Part shown: piece by piece, positions 20,095 through 34,300 of the stretch | Numbering within the stretch: position 1 is the first letter of the stretch | How the letters are laid out: every line of letters starts with the position of its first letter | From: the human T2T-CHM13v2.0 reference genome, Homo sapiens | NCBI RefSeq assembly: GCF_009914755.1 | Contig: NC_060939.1 | DNA length: 64,000 nt | Reading direction: 5' to 3' (one strand) | The notes under the pieces: model-generated | What the model was told of the DNA's origin: nothing | Databases searched by the model: none | The model's input: only the letters and a program-made list of their open reading frames with translations | Translations under genes and position numbers: made by a program

Positions 20095-21116
20095 GGTGCA
20101 ATATAGTGTCGCCAGTGCTTTACAAAGTCAAAAGGAGGGAGCATTCAGGGAAGAATCCAAAAAGGAGGTGACCCTTAAGGTGAGAATAGTCATCCAGACA
20201 AAGCACAGTAAAAAGAAAATGAGGAAATGGTTTGCACAAAGGCCCAGAAAGTTAAGGGAATATATCAAATTTGGGGAAATTAAAATAATGTTTTCTAACT
20301 TGTTTCTAGCTAGAGGTAGGCAAGGGAAGATTAGTAAAAATATTGTATTCCTTCCTAAAAGAAGACTTTGGACTTGATTCTGGGAAGCAATAAAGTTGAT
20401 CCATCATAGCAATGTTTGATCTGTTCTAGGAGTTTTGGGCAGGACTGATGATCCAGAGTGAGACCAGAGACAAAAAGAACTGACAGGAAACCACTGCAAT
20501 CCACATAAGAAATGCGGTAGCTTGAACCAGGGCCGAGACTGTGGGGACGAGGAAGGGAGAGAGTCTAGAGAGACTTGAGATACAATCAACAATATTTAGT
20601 GAGTGGTTGGGTGTGGAGGTGAGGAGGAGAAAAGGGTCTAGGATGATTTTCAAGAATCTGGTTTGGATCAATAGTCTTCATTCAGAGGGAGGAGCAGGGA
20701 TGTTGGTAAAGAGGGTTTTTCCTCCATCCTGAAGAAGTAGGAGAGAGATAATGAGTCCAAGTTCATATCTAATGACTCAGTTGGCATTGAAGCTGTACAG
20801 ATGTTTCTAGCTTTCTGATGCTCATTGGCCTATACCTAGAGTGGAGAGAAGGAAAATTAAAGGGGAAAACACCAGCTGATTTAGCTCTGTATGTACACTG
20901 TGGAAAGAGACAGAATCCCATAGCAACAATGCAGTTCTTAGGTTGTTTCTGGTCTTAGGTATTGATGTCATCCTTGATCACCGGGGTCAACCAGAGCATG
21001 GGGCAGCAAACCACAGAAGAGATAGCACAAGCCTCTTCATTACCAGGAGAGAAGTGGTGCTCTCACTGGGTACAACAATGCAATTGTTTTTCTCATGAGT
21101 TGTCAAATTACACTGA

Positions 21117-21481
<365 letters not shown>

Positions 21482-21920
21482 TCAGGTATCTTTAATACAT
21501 GCGAAAGTATGGAGAATTCATAGGCACTTTGAGCGAGTAAATCCTTCAGTTAATCTTTGATGGATGATTTCAATTTGGGACTTGCAACGTAGCTATTATC
21601 ATTCAACCTCACCCTCCTTCAAAAAGTAAAGCATCTCATCCCTATTATAAGGACTCGGAATGGTTTCCATGCACTGTGGGTTGTTTTTTGGTGGGAAGAT
21701 GGGCAGGGATGGGGAGGGCTGCAGCACCAGCTGCATGGGGACAGCAAGGTCAGAAGGGAGGGAGCAAGCAGGTGCTAACATGGTACCTAAGGCTCAAGGA
21801 TCCTGAGCCTGCATTTCCCCCACTAGCATCAGGAGACAAAGCAGCTGGAATTAGACATGCCTATCTTCCTGTCATTTTTTGATGTTTAACATATTAGCTA
21901 TATAAAAATAATTTGGGGTG

Positions 21921-22732
21921 TAATATAGTTTAGTTGTATGTCCCTGTTCAAATCACATATTAAAATGTAATCCTCAGTGTGGGAGGTGGGGCCTGGTAGG
22001 AGGTGATTGGATCATGGGGGCGGATTTCTCATGAATGGCTTAACACCATGAATTGGTTTAGCACTGTCCTTGTAATAGTGAGTGAGTTCTCATGAGATTT
22101 GGTAATTTAAATGTATGTGGCACCTCGCCCCTCCCTCTCTTTTGTTCCTGCTTTCGCCATGTGTATTAGTCCATTCTTGTATTACTATAAAGAACTGCCT
22201 GAGACTAGGTAATTATAAAGAAAAGAGGTTTAATTGGCTCACCCTTCTGCAGGCTGTACAGGAGGCACGGCTGGGGAGGCCTTAGGAAACTTACAATCAC
22301 GGCGGAAGGTGAAGAGGAAAGAGGCATGTCGTACGTGGCCAGAGCAGGAGGAAAAGAGAGATGGGAGAGGTACTACACAATTTTAAACAACCAGATCTCA
22401 TGAGAACTCACTCACCAGCATGAGAACAGCAAGGGGGGAGTCCGCCCCCATGATCTAATCACCTCCCACCAGGCCCCTGCTCCAACACTGGGGCCTACAG
22501 TTTGACACGAAATTTGGGCAGACACATAAATCCAAACCATATCACCATGTGAGATGTATCTGCTCCTGCTTTGCCTTCCACCTTGAGTAAAAGCTCCCTG
22601 AGGCCTCCCAGAAGCAGATGTCACCATGCTTTCTGTACAGCCTGCACAACTGTGAGCCAATTAAACTTCTTTTCTTATAAGTTACCCAGTCTCAGGTATT
22701 TCTTTATAGCAATATGGGAAGGGACTAATACA
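21921..22732 (+). mobile_element. MST-type LTR (+) containing a nested MST-type LTR (-, 22162-22544)
   Basis: Outer TSD GGGTG, inner TSD CCATG; both sets of termini present. Confidence 0.88.
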
Positions 22733-23928
22733 GGGTGTGAAAAAAGGATATTGAGACCTTGGGTGAAGAAACGTTTGCATTTACTCTAAATACTGGGAAC
22801 TAATAAAAGAAACTGAGAAGTTAAGAAGCTCTAGTGAGCAGATCAAAGTAAAATGATTTTCCCCGATCCCCATCCAGCCATAGATTCAATAAAATCTCTG
22901 AAGAATTGGGGTGCAGAAAGATTGAGGACGTTGGGGAGGAAGGAAGGTTCTAACGATAAGGCCCATGACTTCTTTACACACTTGCATACACACACAGTTG
23001 CACACATATTCATTTCCCCATGCTATCAGGACACATGGCCATCTATCTACAAGAGAATTTTCTTTTTACCAGGCACCCCACTCCCTCAAAGAAAGCCTGC
23101 ATCGAAACATCTCCCACTTCTGCCCATTGTGGAAAGACTATTTTTTTGTTGTTGTTTGTTTGAGTTCTTGAATGTGCTACAGTGCAGGTGTACTTCAGGA
23201 AAAAGGAACATGCCAGCATTTATGGGGCAGGGGGAGGAGAGGGTATTAAACAAGCATGGAACACTAAACCAGATAAATTTCACCCATGACCTAGTTGTGC
23301 CTGGGGCCAGCCCAGAACACAGTAATGCTGTTACCAAAGAACTCTGCATAAGTCATGTCCTTTAATGATTGCAGTAAACCTCTGTTAACTGCATTATTCC
23401 TATTTTACAGACCAGGAAACAAGCTCAAGTGTGGTTAAGTCCAGAACTTGGCCATGATCAGCAAGTAAGAGGAAGAAGCAGGACTCAAACCCAGACAGCC
23501 TGTCAACTGGCCACCAAGCATAATTATCATGCCTGCTTGGTTTCACATCCTCAGAGGTCAAGATGTTCATACCCACAGAGAACGGGAGAGAACACCAGGT
23601 GCATCCAGATAAATCAAGACAATGGGGAACAGAAGATATTTCCAGTGCTCTAGGAAATAAATATTTTCACCTAACCTAAACACTGAGTCGCAATGGTGAA
23701 GAATGTTGGGAGTGGGGGATTAACTCAGAGGAAAACTTCCAAGCCATCAGTAGTCAAACTTTAGGAGCCAGACTCTCCTGGGAACAGGGCATATTTGAGA
23801 AGCCATCTGTTCTCAGAACTAAAGAGCATACAGGGACAGAAATAGGTCAAGCATCAACTAGATTTACTGGAATCAATACTAAGCTTTGGAGCTCAAAAAT
23901 ATCAGTCAATAGAATCAATGACCTTCCC

Positions 23929-24288
23929 TGTCATTGGTCCATTTTTCACACTGCTGATAAAGACATACCAGAGACTGGGCATCACAAAAGTGAGAGGTGT
24001 ATTGGATTTACACTTCCACGTGGCTGGGGAGGCCCCACAATCATGGTGGAAGATGAAAGGCACGTCTCACATGGTGGCAGACAAGCGAAGAGAATGAGAG
24101 CCAAGCAGGGGTTTCCCCTGATAAAACCATCTGATCTCATGAGACTTATTCATTACCATGAGAACTGTATGGGGGAAACCACCCCCATGATTCAATTTTC
24201 TCCCACCAGGTCCCTCCCACAACACATGGGAATTATGGGCATACAATTCAAGATGAGATTTGGGTGGGGACACAGCTAAACCATATCA
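23929..24288 (-). mobile_element. THE1 (C/D-like) solo LTR
   Basis: THE1 termini; TSD TTCCC. Confidence 0.88.
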
Positions 24289-24747
24289 TTCCCCAAACCT
24301 GCTTTCTTCCATGATTGGGAATAGAAAGAATGTTCAAGTAGGATCTAGAAGATTGAGTTCAAATTCTTGTTCACTTGTTTTCTGGCTGTGTGTTTTTAAG
24401 CATGTAGCTAAACCTCTCTGAGACACAAATGTGGCAACTAAAAATCAAAAGTTTTTTAAAGTACTAGACATCAGAACACTGGTCCAAATCACTATATGTG
24501 TTCAAGTCACAGCTGAGCCGTGTGTCAAATGGGGATCATAATGCCCCCCTTCCAGGGATGCTGCAAATGGGCAAACACATGCAGAGGTGCCAGGTTAACT
24601 ATGAAGGCTACTTAAAATGATCACACTTGCCTCCACCAAAAAAAGAGGGAACCTAACCAGGAGGTCCTTCAAAATTCCTCTTGGTTAAGCTTTGGTCAAT
24701 GATCCTTTGGTGAAAAGAGCTAATAAACTGCTTACTAGGTGACAAGA

Positions 24748-24890
24748 AGGGCCAGCTTCATGGGGCACAACCTGTGCGGTCACACAGGGCCCTGCTGTCT
24801 CTATCTTCAGATTCATACTAATGTTTGAACAAGGAGCCCCACATTTTCATCTTGCACTGAGTCCTGCAAATCATGTAGCAGGGCCCGGTG
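24748..24890. mobile_element. MER91-like hAT-Tip100 element
   Basis: ggccagcttcatggg...ttgcactgagtcctgcaaatcatgtagc. Confidence 0.6.
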
Positions 24891-25247
24891 CATGGCACTG
24901 TGCTTAGCATCCAGAACACAGCAATAAAACAGATTGGCATCTTTGAGGAGCTCCAAGCAAGTAGATTACTTTGGGAGCAAATCCTACAAAGCAAACAGGA
25001 CACTTACAGAAATAAATTAACTTGCATATTTTATTCCTCAGTCCAATCTTAGACTGAAAGCTCCAAAGACTAAAGCAGTTATTTATCCTTAGGACAAGCC
25101 CTGGCTTGTTTGCACATGAAACACACCTGAATACCTACAGACTCACCCAGCCCCACCCTTCTGAGCTGAGAAGATGTTTTCTAGGACTCCTGCAACACCC
25201 TGGGGCATGTCCACCCACCTATGATGTAGGTAAATGAGTACCTAGAG

Positions 25248-26096
25248 CAGTGGTCCTCAAAGCACAATCTCTAGACAAGCAGCACAGCATCACCTGGGAG
25301 CTTGTTAGAACTGCAAACTCGGGGCCAGGCACGGTGGCTCACGCCTGTAATCCCAGCACTTTGGGAGGCCAAGCAGAAGGATCACTTGAGGCCAGGAGTT
25401 TGAAACCAGCCTGGGCAAGAGTAAGACCCCATCTCTACAAAAAATACAGAAAACTTAGTCAGGCCTGGTGGCTTGCGCCTGTAGTCTTAGCTGCTTGGGA
25501 GGCTGAAGCAGGAGAGATCACTTGAGCTCAGGAGCTCTAGGTCGCAGTGAGACATGATCGCACCACTACACTCCAGCCTGGATGACAGAGTGAGACCCTG
25601 TCTTAAAACAAATGCAAACTGTATTAGTTCATTTTCACACTGCTGATAAAGACATACCCAAAACTGGTAACAAAAAGAGGTTTAATTGGTCTTATGTTCC
25701 ACATGGCTGGGGAGGCCTCAGAATCATGGCAGGAGATGAAAGGCACATCTTATATGGCGGCGGCAAGCAAAAATGAGGAATAAGCAAAAGCAGAAACCCC
25801 TAATAAACCCATCACATCTGATGAGACTTATTCTCTATCACAACAATAGCACAGAAAAGACTGGCCCCATGATTCAATTACCTCCCCCTCGGTCCCTCCC
25901 ATCATAACACATGAGAATTCTGGGAGATACGATTCAAGTTGAGATTTCAGTGGGGACACAGTAAAACCATATCACAAACTCTCAAGCCCCACCCAAGACC
26001 TGCTGAATCAGAAATCCTGGAAATGGGCCCAGAAATCTGGGTTTTAACTGGTGCTCCAAGGGGCTTCCTCTGCGTGCTAAGGTTTGAGAACCACGG
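25248..26096. mobile_element. MER5A-type element split by an Alu (25323-25612, +) and a THE1A solo LTR (25620-25974, -)
   Basis: MER5 halves at both ends; THE1A TSD CAAAC. Confidence 0.85.
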
Positions 26097-27549
26097 GCCT
26101 ACGTTATCAAAACTAATCACTTTGAAATTTATTATCTTTCTTTCCTTTTTTTTTTTTTAATGCTATGAAGGGTGTGTTGAGGAGAAATTAGCAAGGCTGG
26201 GCCTTCCCGGCATCGTCCTCTACAACACAGTCACTGGCAATTCCCAAAGACCAGAGTCTCTTTGTGTGTTTCCTGCAAAATTCAACATAACTCACATACT
26301 TTGTTTTTGCCTGTCCATTCAAGACACAATGTAACCCCACAGTCCCTTGTGAACACACATCCCATTTGCACATGTCAAGTATCTGATTCATTTAGACTTA
26401 TCCCAATCGCTTAATGTGCGCAACAGAAGCCTCCTGGTATTCTAGCTCTAAACAGTTGAGTTAATACCCTTGGACAAAGCGGGCCTGCTGTTTGGGTGAG
26501 CTCCCATGGGTCTGACAGCCACAAAGAGAAGCTTGTTGAATGCTCACATAAAAAGAGAAGAGATAGGAGGCAGATACTCTGATCTTTATGACCCTCTGAT
26601 TATTCTATCAGTTAGTTAAAACATAAATCCATCCCCTGACTTAACAAAATACTATTTTACTTCCTTTTACCCCATATTTTATCTTTTATAGGCAATAAAA
26701 CATAAAAACCTTACAAAGGTTATGTTCTCATCAATTTTTGCACTAAATGACAATAAATTAAGTGTAGGTTACTGCAGCAGCAACATAGATGTCAGCTTAA
26801 AACTTCCTTGAAAGACAACCTCCCACCATTAGAGTTGAAAGCTGCTAATCAAAGATTTCTTGATTAAAATTAACACCCGATTTTAAAATGGCAATGCTGC
26901 TCTATTTCTTTAAGTAGTTAGGGAGTCTCTAGCCCTTTCTCTTGTTTCTTAAAATCTGTTTTAGGAGTCCACAAATAAAAAAGAATGTAAAAAAGTGAAA
27001 AATTTATTTATTGGGCACACACAAGAAACACTTTGTGGAATCACTTTGAGTTTAATGTCTTTCAGCTTTTATTATAATAAACAGCCTCCCAAACCTTCAC
27101 AGCACTAAACAGGTATCAGATGTATAAACTAAAAATTTATTTTTTATTTATATGAAAGTCATTCAACCAATATTTGTCAAGAGGTTACATTAAATTAAGG
27201 TTAATTAAACGAGCTGGTAAACATAAAGCATCTAGAACAAAACCTGGCACATAGAAAAAGCCCAGCAAGTATTAGTTATCCCTTGTGCATTATTATTGTC
27301 ATTGCTGTTATTATGATATGTGCTATTATGTGCTATGTATTAGAAATACAATGACAAGCTAAACAGATATGGCTCTCCCACTCTCCTGAATTTCAAGTGC
27401 AAGTGGCAAAGACAGACATCAATCAAATAATCACACAAATAAATGTAAGTTACAAATTGTTACAATGAAAACATAACCCATTTCAGGGAGGGGGCACTAA
27501 AAACTCAGAGTAGTTTCATATCGTTTTGATTTTGAAATCTCTTGGATAT

Positions 27550-27722
27550 TAGGGAGGCTGAAGTGGGAGGATCCCTTGAGCCCAGGAATTTGAGGCTGCA
27601 CTGAGCTATGATCATCCCACTGCAGTACAGCCCGGGCGACAGAGCAAGGCCCTGTCTGGAAAGAAGGAAGGAAGGAAAGGAGGGGAGGGGAGGGGAGGGG
27701 AGGGAGAAAGAAAGAAAGAGAG
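27550..27722 (+). mobile_element. Alu monomer with GA-rich tail, TSD gaaatctctt
   Basis: Single Alu arm. Confidence 0.8.
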
Positions 27723-29565
27723 AAATCTCTTAGATAGTAATTTGGACCAAATCATGATTCTTCCTCCATTGCTTTTCAAGATCCTTCTATATTACTATGC
27801 AAATTCCAAATGGAAAACAGCCAAAAAGATATGCAAACAAATATTCACATTACATTACTGTATCACTCAACTCCAGAAATGTTTTCCACAAATTTGTAGA
27901 TTAAAACTTACATTTTTTATACTGTTAACATTTTCAAATACAGAAACTGGGGTATCCCAAGAAACAAGCCAGTGGTCAGATACATATATTCAATGAAACT
28001 TTCATGAATTTTTCAGAACTTTATGAATAAATCCCAAATTAAAGCTAGGGTTTACCTCTTAGTTTGCAATCCACTTGCTTGAATCTTATGACTATTTCTA
28101 GATTGTAAGTTACTTTGTTAAAAATATTTTTTATTCCCTTCATATGTTTTTTAAGCCTTAAGATAGGTTTTCTGGTGACTTCACTTAGAGCCAAAAGCAG
28201 GAAAGAAAATACGTGATCACAGAATGTGGAGGACCCATTTTTTTAATAGACCCTATTTGACAAGAGAACTGGGAAGATTCAGAAAGGCCCAGGGACGTGT
28301 TGACTGGCAGAGTCACACCACAGAGGGTGGAGCCGGAAGGAAACCCTCAGACCATCCCCTCAACTTCTGTAGCACATGGTGGAAGGGCCAGGATCGGGGT
28401 CCACGGGTCTACATCTGGATCCCAGCTCCACTGCATCGTGTCTGAACTTGGGGCAGGTAGCTTTACCTTTTTCAGGCTCCTGCTCTATGAAGTGGGTAGC
28501 CACCTCATTAGGAAGCAGTGAGGATGAGGTGACAGAATGCATGCCAGTGCTTCTCAGCAGAAACCGAAACAGTGAGTACTAGTTAGCATCAGGGCAAGCT
28601 TTTCAAAACCCTGCCTCCTGATGAGATAAGATCCAAAATTACAACTACAAAAACACAAACAAACTGAGACCTGGAAAGCCAGTTTCCACTGTCCATGAAC
28701 TGAGGCAGAAGAACAGACCCCTGTGCTTCCCATGAGCTGACCATTACCTGTTCCAGCCAGGCTGACTTCTTTCCCCTAGGGCCACCTGGAGAAGTCAGTG
28801 TAGTGGTCAGCTCATAGGGAAGCACATTTCCTCTGAGCCTTTAGAGGCCTCTATGCCCTGACCTCTCAATTCATTCTACCCTGACCCACACCTCATAGGG
28901 TTATTTATTACTAGACTAGAAATTGTAGCTAAACCAATAGCTCAATTAGAACTTTGCAATCAATTTCTGTGTGCCTAGGAGTTTAATTCCATAGGCTAGT
29001 CATACGAAGGAAAAAAGACAGTCATCCAAAACTCTTTCATTCATCCATTTAAAACATTTATTAAGTACATGCTGTGTGCCAAGCTCCAGGCTAAACCCTA
29101 AATATAAAGGTGCATAAGAGAGTCTTTGTTGTTAAGGTGCTCACCATCTTGGGGGAGGAAGGCACTTAATAGATAATGATAACATGGTATAATGACAAAG
29201 TTATACACAAAATGTTAAAATGTTTTTAGTTTTAGGAATTTGGTCTGGAAAGTAAAATATTCAGAACTTAAAGAAAAAAATACCATTCATCAATAATAAC
29301 TATTTTATCTTCTTTATTAGCTAATTAATACATCAGTTGTAATAGAACCATAAAATGAAGATAAACAAAAAGAAAAATATTACCTATATTCTTACCTATA
29401 TTATTTATTTACATTCTAAATAGCTACTGTTAACACTTAGCTGCATGGCCTTCTGCAACTTTAAATATATATCTTTTTCTAAACAAGATATAAGACCATT
29501 TTATGCATGGTATGATAATATGAGTTTTTCACTTATCAGTTGATATGGTTTGTCTGTGTCCCTAC

Positions 29566-29858
29566 CCATTATCCTAGGTGAAGTAACTCAGAAACAGAAA
29601 GTCAAACACCAGGGTCTTGCTTATAAGTGGGTGCTAACAGCGTACACACATGGACATACAGAGTGGAATAAGAGACATTGGAGATTACAAAAGGTGGGAG
29701 GGTAGGAGCGGGGGACAGTTGAAAATTACCTCTTGGGTACAACGCTCATCATTTGGGTGATGGGTACAGTAAAAGCCCAGACTTTATTAATGTGTAATAT
29801 GTGCGTGTAAGAAATCCACACTTGTATCCTCTAAATATATAAAAATTAAAAAAAAATA
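29566..29858 (+). mobile_element. L1MA-type 3' end
   Basis: gtgaagtaactcagaaacagaaagtcaaa...gggtgatgggtaca..taaaagcccagact..A tail. Confidence 0.8.
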
Positions 29859-29889
29859 ACTTGTCTGTGTGGGGAAAATGGTGTGGAGA

Positions 29890-30307
29890 AGGTCTCTCTC
29901 TGTTGCCCTGTTGCCCAGGCTACAGTGCAGTGATACAATCATAGCTCACAGCAGTCTCAACCTCCTGGACTCAAGCAATCCTCCCATCTCAGCCTCCAGA
30001 ATAGGTGGGACTACAGGCACCAGCCACCATGCCCAGCTAGTTTTAATTTTTCTTTTTCTTTTTTTTTTTTTTAGAAACAGGGTCTCACTATGCTGCCCAG
30101 ACTGGTCCTGAATTCCTGGTCTCAAGCGATCCAACTGCCTTGTCTTCCAAAAGTGCTGGAAGGACTTGGGGCAGAGCAAGGTGACAGATAGAAGGCTCCA
30201 CTGACCATCCACTCAGCAAGCCCACCAATTTAACATCTACACCAGCAGCATTGGCGTCAGTCACTGCACCTGGCTGGGATTACAGGTGTGAGTCACTGCA
30301 CCTGGCC
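29890..30307 (-). mobile_element. AluJ-like element lacking its tail, with an internal insertion at 30160-30272
   Basis: Alu body interrupted within aaagtgctgg|gattaca. Confidence 0.85.
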
Positions 30308-30772
30308 AATTTATCATTTTAAATGATTGCCCAGCATTCTACTATTGATACCAGAATTTCTTTAGCTACTCTCTACTGTTGGATATTTAGACTGCTTTCA
30401 ATCTTTTGGCTGTCATAAATATTACAATATTCTATTCACAAAGCTCTTCAACCTAGTCCAGTTATTTTTCCAGAATAACTTCCTAGACGTGGAATTGTTG
30501 GATCAAAGGGTGTGCATCTTTAAGACTTTGATAACTATTACAAAACTGCCCTCCAGAAAGCTTGTACCGTTAAATACCACCATTTCCCCCTATCATCACC
30601 CTCACTGCATAGCAGCACTCTTTTTCCTCTTCGCATTTAGTATTTTTACATTTCAATGGGCCTACTGTAGCTAAAAATATCGTTTATGGCAGCATCTTTT
30701 TTAGAAGTAATGACACTTGCTGAAATTAGGCAGTTTTGAGCTGTGCCATAATCCTAGTTTGGGTGTGGGGCA

Positions 30773-30920
30773 TCAGTGCTTCTCAGACTCTACCATGCAT
30801 TGAGGATCTTGTTAAATTGCAGATTGATTCATTAGGTCTGGGTTAGAGATTGAGTTGCTGCATTTCTAACAAGCTCCAGGGAACACCGATGCTGCTGGTC
30901 CAAAAACTACACTTTGAGGA
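30773..30920. mobile_element. MER5-type DNA transposon
   Basis: cagtgcttctca...ctgcatttctaacaagctcc...acactttgag. Confidence 0.7.
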
Positions 30921-30989
30921 GCTTGAGCAATTCACTGAACTGCAAAGGGCCTCTGTTTACCCATCTGTGAAATGAAAAGCTTGGAGTAG

Positions 30990-31368
<379 letters not shown>

Positions 31369-34300
31369 TAGGTGCATCCTGAATTTTTCACTAGGACAGT
31401 TGTGAATATCTTCTTCCCTTCATCCCGCAGGACTGCACGCAGGTCCACAATGAGGAAACAAAGTGTGAGGCCAACCAAGCAGCTGACATTCAAGCAGCCA
31501 CTTCTCAAGGGAAAAAACACCCCTGAAAGAGAACACTCTGCTCCAACTGGCATTTCTCCTGGTAGTGCATGATTATAACGATGTACATCATTTTCTTTTC
31601 CCAAAAGGAATAGATTTAGCAAGAACCTGAGGCTAATTCGCCCATTAAGGGAACAAAGAGTGAAATAAGGGAGGAGAATTGACAGAAATATTGCATCCGT
31701 AAATACCTTGCCAAAGAGCTTGCAGAAGTCAGCTCTCGGCACAGGGAGTCTCAGTGTCTTCGACAGAATTTGACTTGTCCTGGCTACTCCCTTCTGTTTG
31801 TTTCTCCCGCATGCTTTTCTGCAACACTAAAAGGTAGGCAGAAGGACAATATTAAAAGATGGGCAGAAGCAGCTCAGAATGCCTGGGCTGACTCCAGTGG
31901 CCGCCTAAAATAATGGGGAATCTATAGACATCTTTTCTTGTTTACCAGTGGTGGGCAAATGCTGCCACGCTAGTTCTGTAAGAACATGAAACATGTGTTA
32001 TTCACCCTGATAGAAGAAAAACTGTAAATGCGCTCTAGTTCAGTTAGGGTATCAGATAAGACCGTGAGTGGCTGTTGGGTTCAATTCTCTATTTTTGCAA
32101 AACTGGGCTGGAATTATTTACTTTTAGTAACAATGCATTCGCCCCACCTTCAAACATTTTTCTCCTCCTTCTTTCCTTTTACTGGAAGAGAGTTTCATTT
32201 GTTCACAAAACTCTTTTTCTCACTTTAATTTCCTTTAAATTCAGTCCGTTTTGACTCCTAAGGAAACTTTCATTTTTAAAAAAGGACCAAACTCCTTTGT
32301 TTTTCTCTTAGATGGATGATGCCCTGCCCTGCTCTCCAGCAGCCCCCACAAAGTTAGGAGGTTTTGTTTCTTAAATTAGGCCAGAACTAGTCATTCTGAT
32401 GAACTCCAACTCCAATCAAGGACATTGGCCAATCTGTCAGAACCTAAAATAAAAATAAATCCACTAGCAGTGTCTTCCACTTTGAATGTTTATCCTGCTG
32501 GGTGCCCCTCTTTCTTTCTGCAATGGAAGAACCCGCTTCCATTTTGCAAGTCTGCGTGTGCCCCCTCGTTTGGAGCCATTTGCAATCTCTTGCACTCCCG
32601 TTTCAAGGTGGAGCCCCAGCCAAGATGAGTTTCTCTGAAGAGCTGCTACCCTAATTCCTCCCGTTCACTTCGAAGCTTGTCAGGGGGACCCAAGCAATAA
32701 GAAGGTCAATAGGAAAACAAATCCCACCTTATTAAGTCTTGTTTGATCTTAAAACCACATCATCCGAGATTTCAGCGACATTATGCTGGCTCCGCACAAG
32801 AGGAACAGAGTTTTCTTATGAAAATAAATTAGACAAGCACACAGAAGAAAAAGAAAATGATGTGCAACGGTTAAAATGTTTGAGAGCCTTACATGTGGCC
32901 AGCGAGCTCAGCAAAGGACACTGGTTTCTTTTTCTCTCTTCTTTAGTCTTTTATTCCCTACTCTCTGTTCTCCTTGCAGCAAAACAAATATTTTTCCTAC
33001 CACAAATATTTTTAAGGTGCTACTTTTCAATTAACGATGTTTTATTTCTTTTGTGTGATGGGGTTTTTCTTTTTCGCACTGAAATGATAAAGACACTGAA
33101 GATGGCAAAGGGAAGCCCTAGGAACAGCCTTGCTACAATCCATCAGCTGCGATAATATCAAGATGAATATATTGTCAGGAATCTGTATGTAGCATTTCAT
33201 TTATCCTACCCACTCTGCTAAGAGCGGCTCCCCCGGGGATTACATTATTATTCAAGCTTCCTGGACTCACTCCAAATGCATATTGCAACTACAATTCAAA
33301 GGGAAACTTATAAAAGGTGATAGGAAATAGACCTTCTACAGAACATTTTTTAAAAATTAACCTTTTCAGAGTTTAATTCCATCCTATATACCTATAAATA
33401 GACCAGCTTTCAGGAACTAAAAACTAATCCTATAGTAATAACACAAAGCTCAATTTCTCATTCCATACGATCATTAATATTACTTTAAAAATCACGAGAA
33501 ATCTCTTCAACTTCTTAAGCATTGTAATTCATTTCTGTACACCAATTCAAGAAACCTCATTAGTTTAGGTGGCCTTTTTGCAATACCATCCAAGGCACGC
33601 AAATATTTGGAATTTTTACCTTAGGTCAGAGTTTAAGAAAAAAATGATTTCTCATTTCCAGAAAGGATTTATGAATGTAGAAAAATGCTTTTGTGACAGT
33701 GACATGTTTGTGTTACCTAATTCACAAATAAAATAAGCTATATAGAATATATGAAGTAAAAATCAAAAGGAAAAAAGAGAAAGGATTTTATATAAATGGT
33801 GGATAATTTTTAAGTAAAAAAAAATCTTGTTACATCCTTAACATTTTTAAATCTTGTTACATCCTTAACATTTTTTTCTATAACCCAGTTTCAATACTCC
33901 AATCAAATGTAAGATGGAAGAGCTTTGATTTGAGAGAAAAAAAATCCTTTGAACATTGATCGACATGTGATTTGTGCAATTATTTAACCTGGATTTAACT
34001 CCCTCTACTCTATGCTCAAATCACTTGATTGACTGAGATGCTGTTTCCATTGAGCTGGGTTTACAATTATCTTTAAACAAGCGAAACTTCAAAGGCTGCT
34101 CAATGGGTATTTTCCGTTCTTCATGAGAACTCGTAAATGTATAACCTGCATATAAACAAGTCACTCTACCTAATTAAATGGAATCTCTTCCTCTCTATTA
34201 AAAATTTAGAAGTGCTGCCTGGGTATAAACATGTCATCTCAGAAGGTGGGAGGAGAGACCCTCTTAACGTCCGTGAACAACCAGCTGAATCTCCTTTAAG

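Noticed and set aside
24020-24032. PRDM9 hotspot 13-mer in a THE1 LTR
   Set aside because: Reads CCTCCCCAGCCAC on the minus strand, missing the key T of CCNCCNTNNCCNC; the VNTR has CCTCCCT but not the full motif
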